DNA from: Candidatus Woesearchaeota archaeon CG10_big_fil_rev_8_21_14_0_10_37_12
GTDB lineage: Archaea; Nanobdellota; Nanobdellia; Woesearchaeales; ARS49
Direction of reading: 5' to 3'
Assembly: GCA_002762795.1 (NCBI GenBank)
Contig: PCYA01000014.1
Location: 73,205 to 137,204 of the forward strand
DNA: 64,000 nucleotides
A program made the position numbers and the translations under genes. Positions within the stretch are counted from its first letter, which is position 1; every line of letters begins with the position of its first letter. Below the pieces are notes generated by a model. It was not told the origin of the DNA, did not search any database, and worked only from the letters and a program-made list of their open reading frames with translations. Positions 49,819-58,721 of the stretch are shown here, piece after piece.

Positions 49819-51081
49819 ATGAAACGAACACTCATAAAAGAATTAAAAAAACACTTTGGAAAGGAGGTTTTGGTTAAAGGCTGGGTTAGCAGAATTAGAG
49901 AAATTGGAGGTATTGGTTTTGTACTGTTAAGAGAACGGTCCGGAGTTGTGCAATTAGTAGTGCCAAAAGAATTGTACAAAGAGTTATCAGCAGAAACACC
50001 GATTGAAATAAAAGGCATGGTTTGTGCTGAACAGCGTGCTCCTGAAGGTTTAGAAGTACATGTAAAACAACTGAAAATCTACAGCAAAGTGCAGCCTTTG
50101 CCGATTCAGTTAGAGAAGGAATTGCCTCTGCCTACATTAATGAAGCATCGTCCGATTTCTTTGAGGGCAAAAAAACAACAAGCGATTTTTAAAGTTCATG
50201 CAGAACTAGTGCATGCTTTTAGAGAATTTATGAGATCAAAAGAATTTACAGAGATTCATAGCACAAAACTTACAAGCAGCGGTTTGGAAGGCGGCAGTGA
50301 AATTTTCGAGTTGCAATATTTTGAAAAGAAAGGATATCTTGCTCAGAGCCCTCAATTCTATAAGCAGATGATGGTTGGAGTGTTTGAGCGAGTATTTGAA
50401 GTTGGCAAAGTATACCGTGCAGAACCACACGCTACAACAAGACATCTTGCAGAATATGTTGGTTTGGATTTTGAAATGGGTTTTATTGAGTCTGTTGAAG
50501 AAGTAATGGAAATGGAAGAAGCTCTGCTAAAATATGTGTTCAAGCAGTTAGAGGAACATTGTAAATCTGAATTAAAATTGTTTGGTGCAGAGGTTCCTCG
50601 GATAAAATCAATACCAAGAATTCCTTTTTTGAAAGCAGTAGAGTTGCTTGAGCAAGGTTACAAAAAAGAATTCGGTAAAGAAGATTTAACTCCTGAAATG
50701 GAGCGTTTGCTTTGTGAATTTGTAAAACAAAAATATGGCGAGGAGTTTGTTTTTGTTACAGAGTATCCTTGGAAAAAGCGTCCGTTTTATGCAATGCCAA
50801 AAGGAGAATTGTCTGAAAGCTTTGATTTGCTTTTCAGAGGCTTAGAGATCACGACTGGAGGACAAAGAGTGCACGAATACGAACAACTGCTTGAATGTAT
50901 GAAGCAGAAAAAAGTCAAGCCTGAAGCGTTTGAGAGTTATTTGATGTGCTTTAAATACGGCATGCCTCCTCATGGAGGTCTTGGAATAGGGTCTGAGCGT
51001 ATTGTGAAGCAATTGCTTGGCTTGCCGTCTGTAGAAGAAGCCAGTCTCATACCACGAACGAAAGAACGGTTCCTGCACTGA
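49819..51081 (+). CDS. aspS: Archaeal-type aspartyl-tRNA synthetase, probably non-discriminating (Asp/Asn)
   Basis: YLAQSPQFYKQ, YRAE...T.RHL.EY, EITTGGQR and YGMPPHGG.G.G.ER motifs; Pro in the L1 loop (RAPEG) as in non-discriminating enzymes. Confidence 0.93.
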   Translation: MKRTLIKELKKHFGKEVLVKGWVSRIREIGGIGFVLLRERSGVVQLVVPKELYKELSAETPIEIKGMVCAEQRAPEGLEVHVKQLKIYSKVQPLPIQLEKELPLPTLMKHRPISLRAKKQQAIFKVHAELVHAFREFMRSKEFTEIHSTKLTSSGLEGGSEIFELQYFEKKGYLAQSPQFYKQMMVGVFERVFEVGKVYRAEPHATTRHLAEYVGLDFEMGFIESVEEVMEMEEALLKYVFKQLEEHCKSELKLFGAEVPRIKSIPRIPFLKAVELLEQGYKKEFGKEDLTPEMERLLCEFVKQKYGEEFVFVTEYPWKKRPFYAMPKGELSESFDLLFRGLEITTGGQRVHEYEQLLECMKQKKVKPEAFESYLMCFKYGMPPHGGLGIGSERIVKQLLGLPSVEEASLIPRTKERFLH

Positions 51082-51181
51082 GTTTTTATATTTTTTATTA
51101 AATCTGATATTTAATAATCTGAATCAATAGTTCATAATTGATTAATAAATGGTCTTCTTCTAGGAGTGTGAGGTGAAAGTT

Positions 51182-51271
51182 ATGAAAAAGAAAATGTATG
51201 ACAGGCGTTTTGTTGGTGATTTGTATGACTTCGGGCAACCAAGTTGGGAGCAAACAGAAGAAGCTGCATAA
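51182..51271 (+). CDS. Putative 29-aa small protein MKKKMYDRRFVGDLYDFGQPSWEQTEEAA
   Basis: Strong RBS (AGGAG..GAGGTGA) upstream of the ATG. Confidence 0.5.
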   Translation: MKKKMYDRRFVGDLYDFGQPSWEQTEEAA

Positions 51272-51283
51272 TTTTTTGTTTTT

Positions 51284-51443
51284 TGTCAAGAGCCACTGGT
51301 GATCGCACTGCGGTACTCAACACCAGTGGCATGACGGTTCAGAAAGTCATAAGATAATATAGTCCAGTGGTTCTTGATCATGCTCGGAATGCCACTCGCT
51401 CCAGTAAACCACTCGTGATATACACGAATGGCATTCCGACATG
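51284..51443. ncRNA. Structured ~160-nt repeat element, copy 2
   Basis: Homologous to 25685-25846. Confidence 0.65.
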
Positions 51444-52523
51444 TTAATTAATTGTTACAAACTTTCCATTGCGTGCTGTTTTTATGCTGACTTCTTCTCG
51501 TTGTCCGATGCCACGATTATCAACTGAAAGGTATCCGTTTGCTCCTTCATACCCCTCTATATTGTAAAGTTTTTGCTTGATGCATTCGCTATGATTTCCA
51601 CAAGTATCAAGTGCTTTTGCTAAAAGCATATAACTATCGTACGCGTTTGCTGCGTACAGTCCTGGTTCTTCTCCGTATTCAGCAAGGTATGCTTGTTTGA
51701 ATGCGATTTTGCGTGGCAAGTCTTTTGGGTCTTCAGGATACGTGTACACAACACGTTCTGCAAGTTTGCCAAGCTGATCAATGACGTTCTGATCCTGATA
51801 TAAGTTCCAAGTTAAAATGGGCAAATTTATGCCGAGTTCTTCTGCTTGTTTTACGAGAAGAATGCTGTCTGGAACGTACCCTAAAATATATATTGCCTCA
51901 GGGTCTTTGTTTGCGATTTTCATAAGATATGTTCGGAAGTCTGTTTCTTGAGTATCAAGACTATTTACATAGTATTCTTCAGCGGTAAACATAATATTGT
52001 TTGTGTCAAGTGCTTGTTTAAGTTCAGCAATGCTTTCTCGTCCAAGATCATCATCTATTGCAATTGCTGCAATTGAAGAATAATTTTTTTCTACTGCATA
52101 GTTTGTAATTGCAGTCATTTGTTTGTTCATTTCTGGAAGAAAACTGAAATGGTAATCGCCTGCCTCTGCGGTTGCTTGTAGCACCATGCCCAAGGTGATG
52201 CGCGGTGTTTGTGTTTCTTCAATGTAAGGTGCTGATGCAAGCAAGGAGACTGTACAAATAGGTCCAAGAATTGCATCAACGTCGTCCACAGTAAGTAGTT
52301 TTTGTGTTGCTAACACTCCTGTTTTTGGATCGCATTTGTCATCTTCTACAATAAGTTTGTATTGGTTGCCTGTTTCTTTTGCTGCAAGTTGTATACCGTT
52401 AAGTAATTCCTCGCCAAGATGTGCTGCTTTGCCTGTTTGCGGAATTAATATTCCTATTGTTGATTCTTGCACTGTTTGCGTGCACGATAGCAATAGGACT
52501 AATAAAATGACATAGTGTTTCAT
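51444..52523 (-). CDS. LivJ-like binding lipoprotein
   Basis: LLSC lipobox, EDDKC...GPIC, DFRT and YAANAYD motifs. Confidence 0.9.
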   Translation of the reverse strand: MKHYVILLVLLLSCTQTVQESTIGILIPQTGKAAHLGEELLNGIQLAAKETGNQYKLIVEDDKCDPKTGVLATQKLLTVDDVDAILGPICTVSLLASAPYIEETQTPRITLGMVLQATAEAGDYHFSFLPEMNKQMTAITNYAVEKNYSSIAAIAIDDDLGRESIAELKQALDTNNIMFTAEEYYVNSLDTQETDFRTYLMKIANKDPEAIYILGYVPDSILLVKQAEELGINLPILTWNLYQDQNVIDQLGKLAERVVYTYPEDPKDLPRKIAFKQAYLAEYGEEPGLYAANAYDSYMLLAKALDTCGNHSECIKQKLYNIEGYEGANGYLSVDNRGIGQREEVSIKTARNGKFVTIN

Positions 52524-52630
52524 GTAACCACCCAATTATAGAAAAAGCTAATTAAGTATTTTAAAATTTGTTACCCCTGTTGGAGGTATTAATGGCAAAA
52601 TTTTTAAAGACAGTTATATTCCGCAAATAG

Positions 52631-53362
52631 ATGGATTTGGAGTTGTTCAAAGAATTAGGGTTCACAGAACGCGAAGCAAAAGTGTATCTTGCATTGATAG
52701 AGCTTGGTTCAAGCACTGCTGGCCCAATAGCGGCGCGGTCTGGCTTGCAGCATGCAAAAGTTTATGAAACATTGCAGCGATTAATAGAAAAAGGATTGGT
52801 ACATTATATTGTTATTTCTAAAACAAAACACTTCAAGGCTGCGCCTCCTAAAGACATATTGGGACTATTAGATGATCGAAAAAGACGTTTTAAAGAAATT
52901 TTAAGCGAGTTGGAATTAAAGGAAAAATATGCAAAAGATCAGCAGATTGCAGTTGTACACGAGGGGTTTAAAGCATTTAAGGCATTGTTTGATCGCTTAG
53001 CAGATGAATTAAAAAAAGGCGATTGGTATTATGTGTTTCCGTTTAAAGAGGGGTATAAAACAAAAGCGATCCCTGCATTTTTTAGAACATTTCATAAAAA
53101 ATTAGAAGAAAAAAAAGTAGTTGATAAAGTGTTGAGCAATCGTGAAGTTAAAAAAGAGGTGTTAAGTACTTACAAAGATAACAAAAATATCAAGATCAAA
53201 TTTACTGATTTTAATGTTCCTATCGGAATTGTTATTATAAAGGGAAAAGTTATTCAGGTGACATGGGAGGATAAACCTACTGCGATTGAGATCGTATCAG
53301 CTCAAATTTATAAGCAATACAAAATATTTTTTGAGGATATGTGGGAAAAAGCAAGTAAATAA
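52631..53362 (+). CDS. TrmB-like HTH regulator
   Basis: Same family motifs; divergent from the binding-protein gene. Confidence 0.9.
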   Translation: MDLELFKELGFTEREAKVYLALIELGSSTAGPIAARSGLQHAKVYETLQRLIEKGLVHYIVISKTKHFKAAPPKDILGLLDDRKRRFKEILSELELKEKYAKDQQIAVVHEGFKAFKALFDRLADELKKGDWYYVFPFKEGYKTKAIPAFFRTFHKKLEEKKVVDKVLSNREVKKEVLSTYKDNKNIKIKFTDFNVPIGIVIIKGKVIQVTWEDKPTAIEIVSAQIYKQYKIFFEDMWEKASK

Positions 53363-53401
53363 GGCATAAAGCTATTAAACAAAAATAAAATTAAGAATAA
53401 C

Positions 53402-53977
53402 ATGACAATAATATCAATTGTTGGAACTGCAGGTGTTGGAAAGTCCTTTTTAGTTAAGCAACTTTCTGCAATGCGATGTCTTCCAGCGTTTTTTGAAGGT
53501 GAAGAGGGCACTATTCCAAAAGAAATCCTGGAAAGTATTTTTTCTGGTGAACATCCAATAAAACGTTGGACGTGGTTTATTAACAGATATAAAATTTTTC
53601 TAGAGCAGGCAAAAAAAATTTCTGCTGTAGGTGTTGATTGTTTATGTGACGGAAGTCCATTGAATGCGTACGCAGTTTTAGCCTACGAAGATGAAGCGTA
53701 CAGAGCTGAGTTGTTAATGTTGGCAAATTCTATTGATTATTTAGAGCCTGACAAAACAATTTTGTTAATTGCAAGTGAAGAGAAAATTCGCGAGTTTACA
53801 AAGCAGAGAGGAAGAAAAGTTGAGAAAGATGACAAAGCAATTGAGCGTGCAATGAAGATTCAGGATGAATACACTCGTTTGGCAAAAGAAAGAGGCTTGC
53901 TTATTGTTAATAGAACTGATCTTGATTTTACCAAAGAAAAAGATTTGAAGTTTGTTTGGGATGAAATCAGGTTATAA
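53402..53977 (+). CDS. Deoxynucleoside/nucleotide kinase-family P-loop protein
   Basis: IVGTAGVGKS, PD..I.L.A and RGR..E lid motifs. Confidence 0.75.
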   Translation: MTIISIVGTAGVGKSFLVKQLSAMRCLPAFFEGEEGTIPKEILESIFSGEHPIKRWTWFINRYKIFLEQAKKISAVGVDCLCDGSPLNAYAVLAYEDEAYRAELLMLANSIDYLEPDKTILLIASEEKIREFTKQRGRKVEKDDKAIERAMKIQDEYTRLAKERGLLIVNRTDLDFTKEKDLKFVWDEIRL

Positions 53978-54054
53978 TAACCTCTTTACTGCATACTGTT
54001 TACTGTGTACTAAAAACCAATACTTTAAAAAGCTAAATCTCTTATTAAACCAAT

Positions 54055-55296
54055 ATGAAAAAAAATGGCGATTCTTTGCATAAGCTCTGTTTTTCTTCGA
54101 GAAGAGTGGAGTTGTTTAAGGAACTTCCAATCAATACGCAAGGCAATACTTTATTAAATCTTTCCAGACAGTGCAAATATCATATTCTTGAGAGATTAAC
54201 AAACACTGAAATTATTAATTTGTTGCATTATCTTGATAGCAGTGATATTACTGATCTTTTACAGTGCATTGAAGAAAGACGGAAGAAAAAGCTTGTTTCT
54301 CTTTTGGAAAAAGATGTGCGGAAAAAGGTTGAGTTTTTGCTGAGGTTCAGCCCCAATACTGCGGCTGGAATGATGAGCCTTGATTATGTGATTGTTTCAA
54401 AAGAATCAACATTTGATGGAGTAATTAAAAAAGCGCAAAAACATGAGAAAGATACTGGAAGATTTCCTGTTATTTTGGTTGTCGAACAGGGCTTTTTAGT
54501 TGGTGAACTTCCTGCATATTCTTTTGCAGCTCACAAAAAAGAAGATAAAATTGAGAAGCAAGTTAAAAAGATTCCGTCTGTACGTTTTGATGCTGATGAG
54601 AGCGAAATTATTAGTATTATCAGAAGAAATCCTACAAATAAAGTTGTTGTTCTTGACGACGATAATAGTGTTCTAGGGTTTATTTATGCATCAGATGTGC
54701 TGAAGTTAGTGCATAAGACAAGCGGCCATTCTTTGTACGCTTTTGCCGGTGTTGGTCATGAAGAGGATGTTTTTGATTCTCCTTTGATTAAAGTGCAGAA
54801 CAGATACAAGTGGTTAATTCTTAATTTGTTTACTGCTTTTTTAGCCGCAAGCGTCGTTGGGCTTTTTCAGGACACTATTTCGCGTGTTGTTTTGCTTGCG
54901 GCATACATGCCTGTTGTTGCGGGTATGGGTGGTAATGCTGGAACTCAGGCGCTTGCAGTTGTTGTGCGTGGTTTAGCATTAAAACGCGTTGAGTTGCGAA
55001 CAGGAACAAGAGTTATTTTGAATGAACTTTTAGCAGGAGCTGTAAATGGTATTATTACTGGCGGTTTGGTTGTATTAGTAGCACTCATATTACAGCAGAA
55101 TCCTTTGCTGGGTCTTATTGTTTGTCTAGCAATGATTTTTAATTTGATTATTGCTGGTGTTGCAGGTTCATTGGTTCCGTTAGTTATGACGCGTTTGGGT
55201 AAAGATCCTGCCACTTCTGCGTCGATTTTTATTACTACCTGCACTGATGTGTTTGGTTTTTTTACATTTTTAGGTTTGGCATCAATATGGTTATAA
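54055..55296 (+). CDS. mgtE: Magnesium transporter MgtE
   Basis: AAG.M, CBS pair, R..WL, GMGGNAGTQ and DPA.....ITT.TD motifs. Confidence 0.93.
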   Translation: MKKNGDSLHKLCFSSRRVELFKELPINTQGNTLLNLSRQCKYHILERLTNTEIINLLHYLDSSDITDLLQCIEERRKKKLVSLLEKDVRKKVEFLLRFSPNTAAGMMSLDYVIVSKESTFDGVIKKAQKHEKDTGRFPVILVVEQGFLVGELPAYSFAAHKKEDKIEKQVKKIPSVRFDADESEIISIIRRNPTNKVVVLDDDNSVLGFIYASDVLKLVHKTSGHSLYAFAGVGHEEDVFDSPLIKVQNRYKWLILNLFTAFLAASVVGLFQDTISRVVLLAAYMPVVAGMGGNAGTQALAVVVRGLALKRVELRTGTRVILNELLAGAVNGIITGGLVVLVALILQQNPLLGLIVCLAMIFNLIIAGVAGSLVPLVMTRLGKDPATSASIFITTCTDVFGFFTFLGLASIWL

Positions 55297-55311
55297 GAAG
55301 TATAGGTAAAA

Positions 55312-57264
55312 ATGGAGTTTGAAGGATTTATATTAGACAAGTTTCAAGAGGACGCAATTAGGGCTATTGAGATAAATCACTCTATGGTTGTTTCTGCTCC
55401 TACTGGTTCTGGAAAGACCTTGATTGCTGATTATATTATTGACAAAGAATTGAAAGGAAAGAAACGTGTTATTTATACAGCACCTATCAAAGCATTATCT
55501 AACCAAAAATTTCGTGATTTTACAAAACAATATGGAGAGGATAAGATTGGTCTTGTTACTGGCGATTTGGTAATTAATTCATCGGCACAAATTCTGATTA
55601 TGACAACTGAAGTTTATAGAAATATGGCAGTTATCAAAGATCCTATGTTGGATAATGTTGCGTATTGTATTATGGATGAGGTTCATTTTATTAGTGACGA
55701 AGAAAGAGGTTATGTTTGGGAGGAATCTATTATTTTTAGTCCTGAAACAGTTCGCTTTTTGTTTTTGTCTGCAACCATTCCTAATGGGCACGAGTTTGCT
55801 GATTGGGTGAAAACCATCAAAAAACATCAGGTAGAAGTTGTTGTGCACACCGTGCGCCCTGTTCCATTGGAAATTAAGTTTTTTGATACTGATCTCGGCA
55901 TTACAACATTGCAGGAAATTAAAAAAAGAAAAGAGCTTGATGATATTCCTGATTACAAAGGTGCTTTTTCAAGACGTTCTAGGTACAAAAAAGCTTATGT
56001 GAAACCTCCTGAGTTTACTGACTTGATTAAAGAGCTTAAGGCAAAAGGTAAACTGCCGTGTATTTATTTTGTTTTTTCTCGTGTGAAAACTCAGGATTAT
56101 GCTGTTAAGCTTGCAAAGATTAGTTCGTATGTTGATCAGAAAGATAAGTTTGAGCTAGCGCAATTTATAACGAATGAATTTCAGAAGATCAATGAGGATA
56201 TTTCGCGTTTGAAATCAACAAAAGAAGTACGTTCCTGCTTGTCAAAAGGCATTGCTTTTCATCATGCTGGTCTGCTTCCTGATGTAAAACATATTATTGA
56301 AAAATTGTTTGGCAAAGGCCTTATCAAAGTGTTGTTTGCAACTGAAACTTTTGCTGTTGGCATTAACATGCCTGCTAAGACTGTTTGTTTTGATGGTTTA
56401 CGGAAGTTTACAGGCACTGGTTTTAGAAGCTTGAATTCTAAGGAGTTTTTTCAGATTGCTGGTCGTGCTGGACGGCGTGGTATGGATAAAACTGGTCTTG
56501 CTGTTGCTGTTGTTCATCGACCAAGTCTAGAATTAAAGCAAGTCTCAAATTTAGTGAAAGGCGATACGCTTCCATTGATGTCTCAGTTTAAGCTCTCGTA
56601 TAATACTGTGCTGAACATGGTTCATTTGCATAACGAGGCTGAGATTGATAAAATTTTGAAGATGAATTTTTTTACGTTTCAGCAGTCTGAGGGAAATATT
56701 GATGATGTTGATGTAGTAAGAAGTATCAAAGCGCGTTATGAAAAAGCAGTTAAGAAATTAAAAGTGATGAATTATATTAGTAAGGATTGTTTGACTGATC
56801 TTGGGATGTTTACAACAAAAATTTTTTCTAATGAACTTGAAATTTCTCAGATGTTTGCTACAAAGTTTAAAGATCGTTTGGATGAGTATGATGTTTTATT
56901 GCTTATAGGTTCTTTAGTATATGAGCCAAAGCGTGAAGCAAAGTTTTTTCAGATTTTTCCTTCAAAGAAAATTGCAACGCTTGTTAATAAGTTGAAAGAC
57001 CATCCGTATTTGAAAAACCAAGAGTGGTATAAGCATATGACTAATCTTTCTGCGTTTCTTAAGCCTTGCAGTGAAGGTAAAAAATTTGTTGATATTTTGC
57101 GAAATGCAAACATGCCTGAGGGCGATGTTATTCGTTTCCTAATGCAACTGCTTGATAGACTTGAACAAATTGACAGAGCGTCTGATGATTTTGATTTTAA
57201 GAAAAAAGTACAGAATTGCAAAGATATGATTAAGAATTGTCTGGAAGGAATTCATGTATTTTAA
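55312..57264 (+). CDS. Ski2/Mtr4/HelY-like DExH RNA helicase
   Basis: APTGSGKT, PIKALSNQK, DEVH, LSAT, HHAG, TETFAVGINMPA and AGRAGRRG motifs; DSHCT-like EGD.IR. Confidence 0.92.
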   Translation: MEFEGFILDKFQEDAIRAIEINHSMVVSAPTGSGKTLIADYIIDKELKGKKRVIYTAPIKALSNQKFRDFTKQYGEDKIGLVTGDLVINSSAQILIMTTEVYRNMAVIKDPMLDNVAYCIMDEVHFISDEERGYVWEESIIFSPETVRFLFLSATIPNGHEFADWVKTIKKHQVEVVVHTVRPVPLEIKFFDTDLGITTLQEIKKRKELDDIPDYKGAFSRRSRYKKAYVKPPEFTDLIKELKAKGKLPCIYFVFSRVKTQDYAVKLAKISSYVDQKDKFELAQFITNEFQKINEDISRLKSTKEVRSCLSKGIAFHHAGLLPDVKHIIEKLFGKGLIKVLFATETFAVGINMPAKTVCFDGLRKFTGTGFRSLNSKEFFQIAGRAGRRGMDKTGLAVAVVHRPSLELKQVSNLVKGDTLPLMSQFKLSYNTVLNMVHLHNEAEIDKILKMNFFTFQQSEGNIDDVDVVRSIKARYEKAVKKLKVMNYISKDCLTDLGMFTTKIFSNELEISQMFATKFKDRLDEYDVLLLIGSLVYEPKREAKFFQIFPSKKIATLVNKLKDHPYLKNQEWYKHMTNLSAFLKPCSEGKKFVDILRNANMPEGDVIRFLMQLLDRLEQIDRASDDFDFKKKVQNCKDMIKNCLEGIHVF

Positions 57265-57384
57265 AAAGTGCGCAGTAAACGGTAGACAGTCAGCAGTACA
57301 GTCGTTTACTGCTTACCACATACTGTGTGCTATTTACTCATAAAAGGAAAACATATAAACCTAAACATAATTTGAATGATAAGA

Positions 57385-58203
57385 ATGGTGAATGTTAAGA
57401 AGCTTAATGGTGAGTTGCAAGAGTATGATCCTGCTAAGTTGAGAGTTTCTTTAAAGCGTGCAGGTGCTGATGATAAGCACATTGATAATATTTTGAGTGA
57501 TGTAAATAAAATTTTATATGATGGGGTTACTACGAGAAAATTGTTTAAGTTTGTGTTTTCACAATTAAAAAAGTGTGATCCAAAAACATCTTGTAAGTAT
57601 GATTTAAAAAATGCTATTATGCGTCTTGGACCTGAAGGTTTTGCGTTTGAAGAATATATTGGATATTTGTTTAAGCATTTAGGCTATAAAACAGACTTAA
57701 ACCAGTTTGCAAGAGGACAGTTTATTAGTCATGAAATTGATGTTATTGCCGAGAAAGGAAATGAGCGTTTGATGGTTGAATGTAAGCATCATAAGGAGGC
57801 GTGGATGGGGACGAGCATTCAGATTGCTTTGTATGTTTATGCGCGTTTTCTTGATGTTAAGAAAGAATTTTCTGCTCCTGTACTTGCAACGAATACGCAA
57901 TTTTCAGGTCAGGTAATGAAGTACGCAAAGGGTGTTGGTTTACGTTTGCTTGGTTGGAGAGATCCTAAAGGTAGTAATCTGGCTTTGTACGTTGAAAAAT
58001 TTAAGTTGTATCCTGTAACAATGTTGGATACTCTTAGCAAGGAAGATTTGAAGAATTTATTAAGAAATAAGATCATTCTTGTCGAAACGCTTGCTGCCAA
58101 AAGTGAAGCTGAAGTTGTTAAAGTATTAGGGATCTCAAGACAAAAAGCAAAAAAAGTGCATGATCAGGCTGTCGCATTGTGTCCTTCGTGTAAACTGAGT
58201 TAA
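57385..58203 (+). CDS. ATP-cone plus Mrr-like PD-(D/E)xK endonuclease
   Basis: V.K..GE...YD..KL..SL (ATP-cone), FE.Y, EID..A and VECK.H motifs. Confidence 0.85.
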   Translation: MVNVKKLNGELQEYDPAKLRVSLKRAGADDKHIDNILSDVNKILYDGVTTRKLFKFVFSQLKKCDPKTSCKYDLKNAIMRLGPEGFAFEEYIGYLFKHLGYKTDLNQFARGQFISHEIDVIAEKGNERLMVECKHHKEAWMGTSIQIALYVYARFLDVKKEFSAPVLATNTQFSGQVMKYAKGVGLRLLGWRDPKGSNLALYVEKFKLYPVTMLDTLSKEDLKNLLRNKIILVETLAAKSEAEVVKVLGISRQKAKKVHDQAVALCPSCKLS

Positions 58204-58208
58204 TTTTA

Positions 58209-58373
58209 TTACATATATTCATCAGATCCATCGCTGTATCTTCCAGGATCTATTTCTTCGATGTGAACTTGAACTTTTTGTCCCGTGTTGTCTCTTATTG
58301 TAGCTGTTCCTCCCTTTAATTTATGGATTATTTTCTCAAGTTCATATTCCCACAAACCCTCAATTTCTGCCAT
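58209..58373 (-). CDS. Small hypothetical protein (54 aa)
   Basis: MAEIEGLWEYELEKIIHKLKGG...DEYM, read by hand, with a TATA-like box upstream. Confidence 0.45.
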   Translation of the reverse strand: MAEIEGLWEYELEKIIHKLKGGTATIRDNTGQKVQVHIEEIDPGRYSDGSDEYM

Positions 58374-58440
58374 TAATAGCTTATAATTTAGCGTCGATAT
58401 ATATGTTTGGCTAAGAATTTATATAAAAAATAAAGCTCCC

Positions 58441-58624
58441 ACCGGAGCAGAGCTCAGGGGGTACAACAAAAATTAAAGATTTTTGTGTACAACGAAAAAT
58501 ACCTTTTTCGCGTACAGAAAACCTCAAGGTTTTCTTGTACAAGAAAATTCGAGGAATTTTCTTTGTATTTTTAAACTTCATCGGGAAAAATCATACCGCA
58601 GCAGAGCTGCGGGGTATTAGACCC
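58441..58624. repeat. GTAC-punctuated hairpin array flanked by two IS200/IS605-end-like palindromes
   Basis: GTAC at 58461, 58487, 58512 and 58537, each followed by a distinct hairpin; flanks ACCG.AGCAGAGCT..GGGGTA. Confidence 0.8.
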
Positions 58625-58660
58625 AATGAAGAAATAAAAAACTTTGAACTATCTGTTTGC

Positions 58661-58719
58661 ACTCTTAACTATTCACTTCGTATTATCCACCGCATACTTC
58701 TTACTGCAAACCACTCATT
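58661..58719 (+). repeat. Heptamer-periodic (ACYNNNN)n repeat
   Basis: ACTCTTA ACTATTC ACTTCGT ATTATCC ACCGCAT ACTTCTT ACTGCAA ACCACTC. Confidence 0.65.
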
Positions 58720-58721
58720 GT

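Noticed and set aside
49819-51081. Asparaginyl-tRNA synthetase
   Set aside because: The QSPQFYKQ, GGQR and PPHGG motifs fit archaeal-type AspRS rather than AsnRS (SGQLY, GSQRE).
58461-58568. CRISPR array
   Set aside because: The constant part is only ~5 nt, the 'spacers' are self-complementary hairpins, and there are no cas genes in the window.
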